From Chiloscyllium plagiosum (taxonomy: Eukaryota): a stretch of DNA of 64,000 nt. Location of the stretch: assembly GCF_004010195.1 (NCBI RefSeq), contig NC_057719.1:16697532-16761531 (forward strand), written 5' to 3'. Within the stretch, counting starts at the first letter, position 1; each line of letters starts with the position of its first letter. Shown piece by piece: positions 62,616 to 64,000 of the stretch. The notes under the pieces were generated by a model. The model was not told the origin of the DNA and ran no database searches. It saw only the letters and a list, made by a program, of their open reading frames with translations. The translations under genes and the position numbers were made by a program.

Positions 62616-63979
62616 TCATGGTTTGTTCTTGAGGAATCTGCGCACTGTATTTTTTGAGTATCCGTTCTTCTCGAATAAGTTGTATAGGTGGTTCTCCTCT
62701 GTTTTCCGAAGTTCGTCTGTGCTGCAGTGTGTGGTGGCTCGTTGGAATAGTGTTCTGATACAGCTTCGTTTGTGTGTGTTGGGATGGTTGCTGGTGTAGT
62801 TAAGTATTTGGTCAGTGTTTGTCGGTTTTCTGTATACGCAGTTTTGTAGTTCGCCATTGTCCATTCTTTCGACTGTGACGTCTAGGAATGCGAGTTTGTT
62901 GTCGGTTTCTTCCTCATTGGTGAACCTTATGCCTGTGAGAGTGTTGTTGATTATGTTAAATGTCTCTTCTATTTTGTTTTGTTTTGTGATGACAAAGGTG
63001 TCATCTACATAGCGGACCCAGATTTTTGGTTTGATGGTTGGTAGGGCTGTTTGTTCTGGTCTTTGCATTACTGCTTCTGCTATGAATCCTGATAGCGGAG
63101 ATCCCACGGGTGTGCCGTTGGTTTGTTTGTAGACTATGTTGTTGAAGGTGAAGTGGGTGGTGAGGCACAGGTCCACTAGCTTCATGATGTTTTCGTTGGT
63201 AATGTGATTGATGGTGGTTGGTGTGTGTGTGTGATGGTCTCTTCTAAAAGTGTGGTAAGTGTTTCCTTTGCCAGGTCGATGTTGATGGAGGTGAACAGTG
63301 CTGTTACGTCGAATGAGATCACTTCTTCGTCTTCCTCTATTTTGGTGTTTTTGATGATTTTTAGGAATTCCTGGGTGAAGTGGATGGAGTGCTGTGACTC
63401 TTCTACTAGGTACTTCAGTCTTGCGTGTAGTTCTTCGACCAGTCTGTAAGTTGGTGTTCCGGGGAGTAAGACTATAGGTCTGAGGGGGGCTCCTGGTTTA
63501 TGGATTTTTGGTAGTCCGTAGAATCGTGGGGTGTTGGTCCCGTTGGGTTTCATTTTCTGGAATTCCGTCTTGTTTAATTGTCCGGAATTGTGATATTTTC
63601 TTAGGAGATGTGTAATTTTGTTTCCTAGTTGTGGGGTCGGGTCTAGCGCCACCTGTTGGTAGGTGTTGGTGTTTGCGAGTAATGCGTTGGCTTTCTCTAT
63701 GTAGTCCCTTCTGTTCAGGATAACTGTGAGCCGACCTTTGTCTGCAGGTAATATAACGATGTTTTTGTCTTTTTTGAGGTTTTCCAAGGCTTTCTTTTCT
63801 TGTGTGTTCAGTTTGTTTCCTTCCCTCTTTTGGCTCAGAGTAGATGCAACTGTCTGTCTGATCATTTGCTGTGTTTCTTCCGTGAGTTTGTTGTCCATCA
63901 ATGTGGTTTCTAATGCCGCTAGGAAATCCTTCTTGTCAGCATCTCGGTAATTGAAATTTAATCCTTTTACTAGTACCAC
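62616..63979 (-). pseudogene. PLE reverse transcriptase, interrupted by a frameshift near 63200-63230
   Basis: Two abutting long ORFs in different frames carry consecutive RT motifs. Confidence 0.85.
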
Positions 63980-64000
63980 TTTTTGTGTGTCTGATAGGGT

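Larger units (their letters stand above)
61650..64000 (-). mobile_element. Penelope/Poseidon-like element, continuing beyond the window end
   Basis: RT ORFs 63182-63979 and 62616-63185 (PADKG, FYGLPKIHK..PLRPI, SFDVTALFT, RYVDD). Terminal repeat with hammerhead motif at 61702-61741. Confidence 0.92.

Noticed and set aside
61828..62799. 263-aa and 312-aa ORFs
   Set aside because: Mostly N-gap translation.

Overview
Repeat-rich vertebrate genomic DNA, very likely from a shark or other elasmobranch (inferred from HE1-like V-SINEs, CR1/HER1-like LINE tails and Deu-SINE-like repeats), with three assembly gaps. The only host gene I can support is the 3' end of a + strand protein-coding gene: three phase-0 exons at 39683-39784, 42256-42357 and 43773-43862, ending ...GNQFKGPL*. 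I could not name it. A probable alternative terminal exon encoding DLKGPL* lies at 40578-40598. The rest is retroelement sequence: (1) a Tx1/L1-clade insertion (523-4737) with a twin-priming-type 5' inversion, a 19-bp TSD and a later 625-bp tandem duplication across the junction; (2) many CR1 fragments, one retaining ORF1 esterase, EN and RT remnants; (3) tRNA-derived SINEs; (4) at least three Penelope-like element (PLE) families. The PLE terminal repeats carry minimal hammerhead-ribozyme-like motifs whose stems covary between families. These termini recur as short fold-back insertions with 13-16 bp TSDs, some with a ribozyme motif on each strand. A 33-bp minisatellite (~1.07 kb) has an internal hairpin and a perfect RSS heptamer in most units. 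Boundaries of old repeats are approximate, and all alignments were done by eye.
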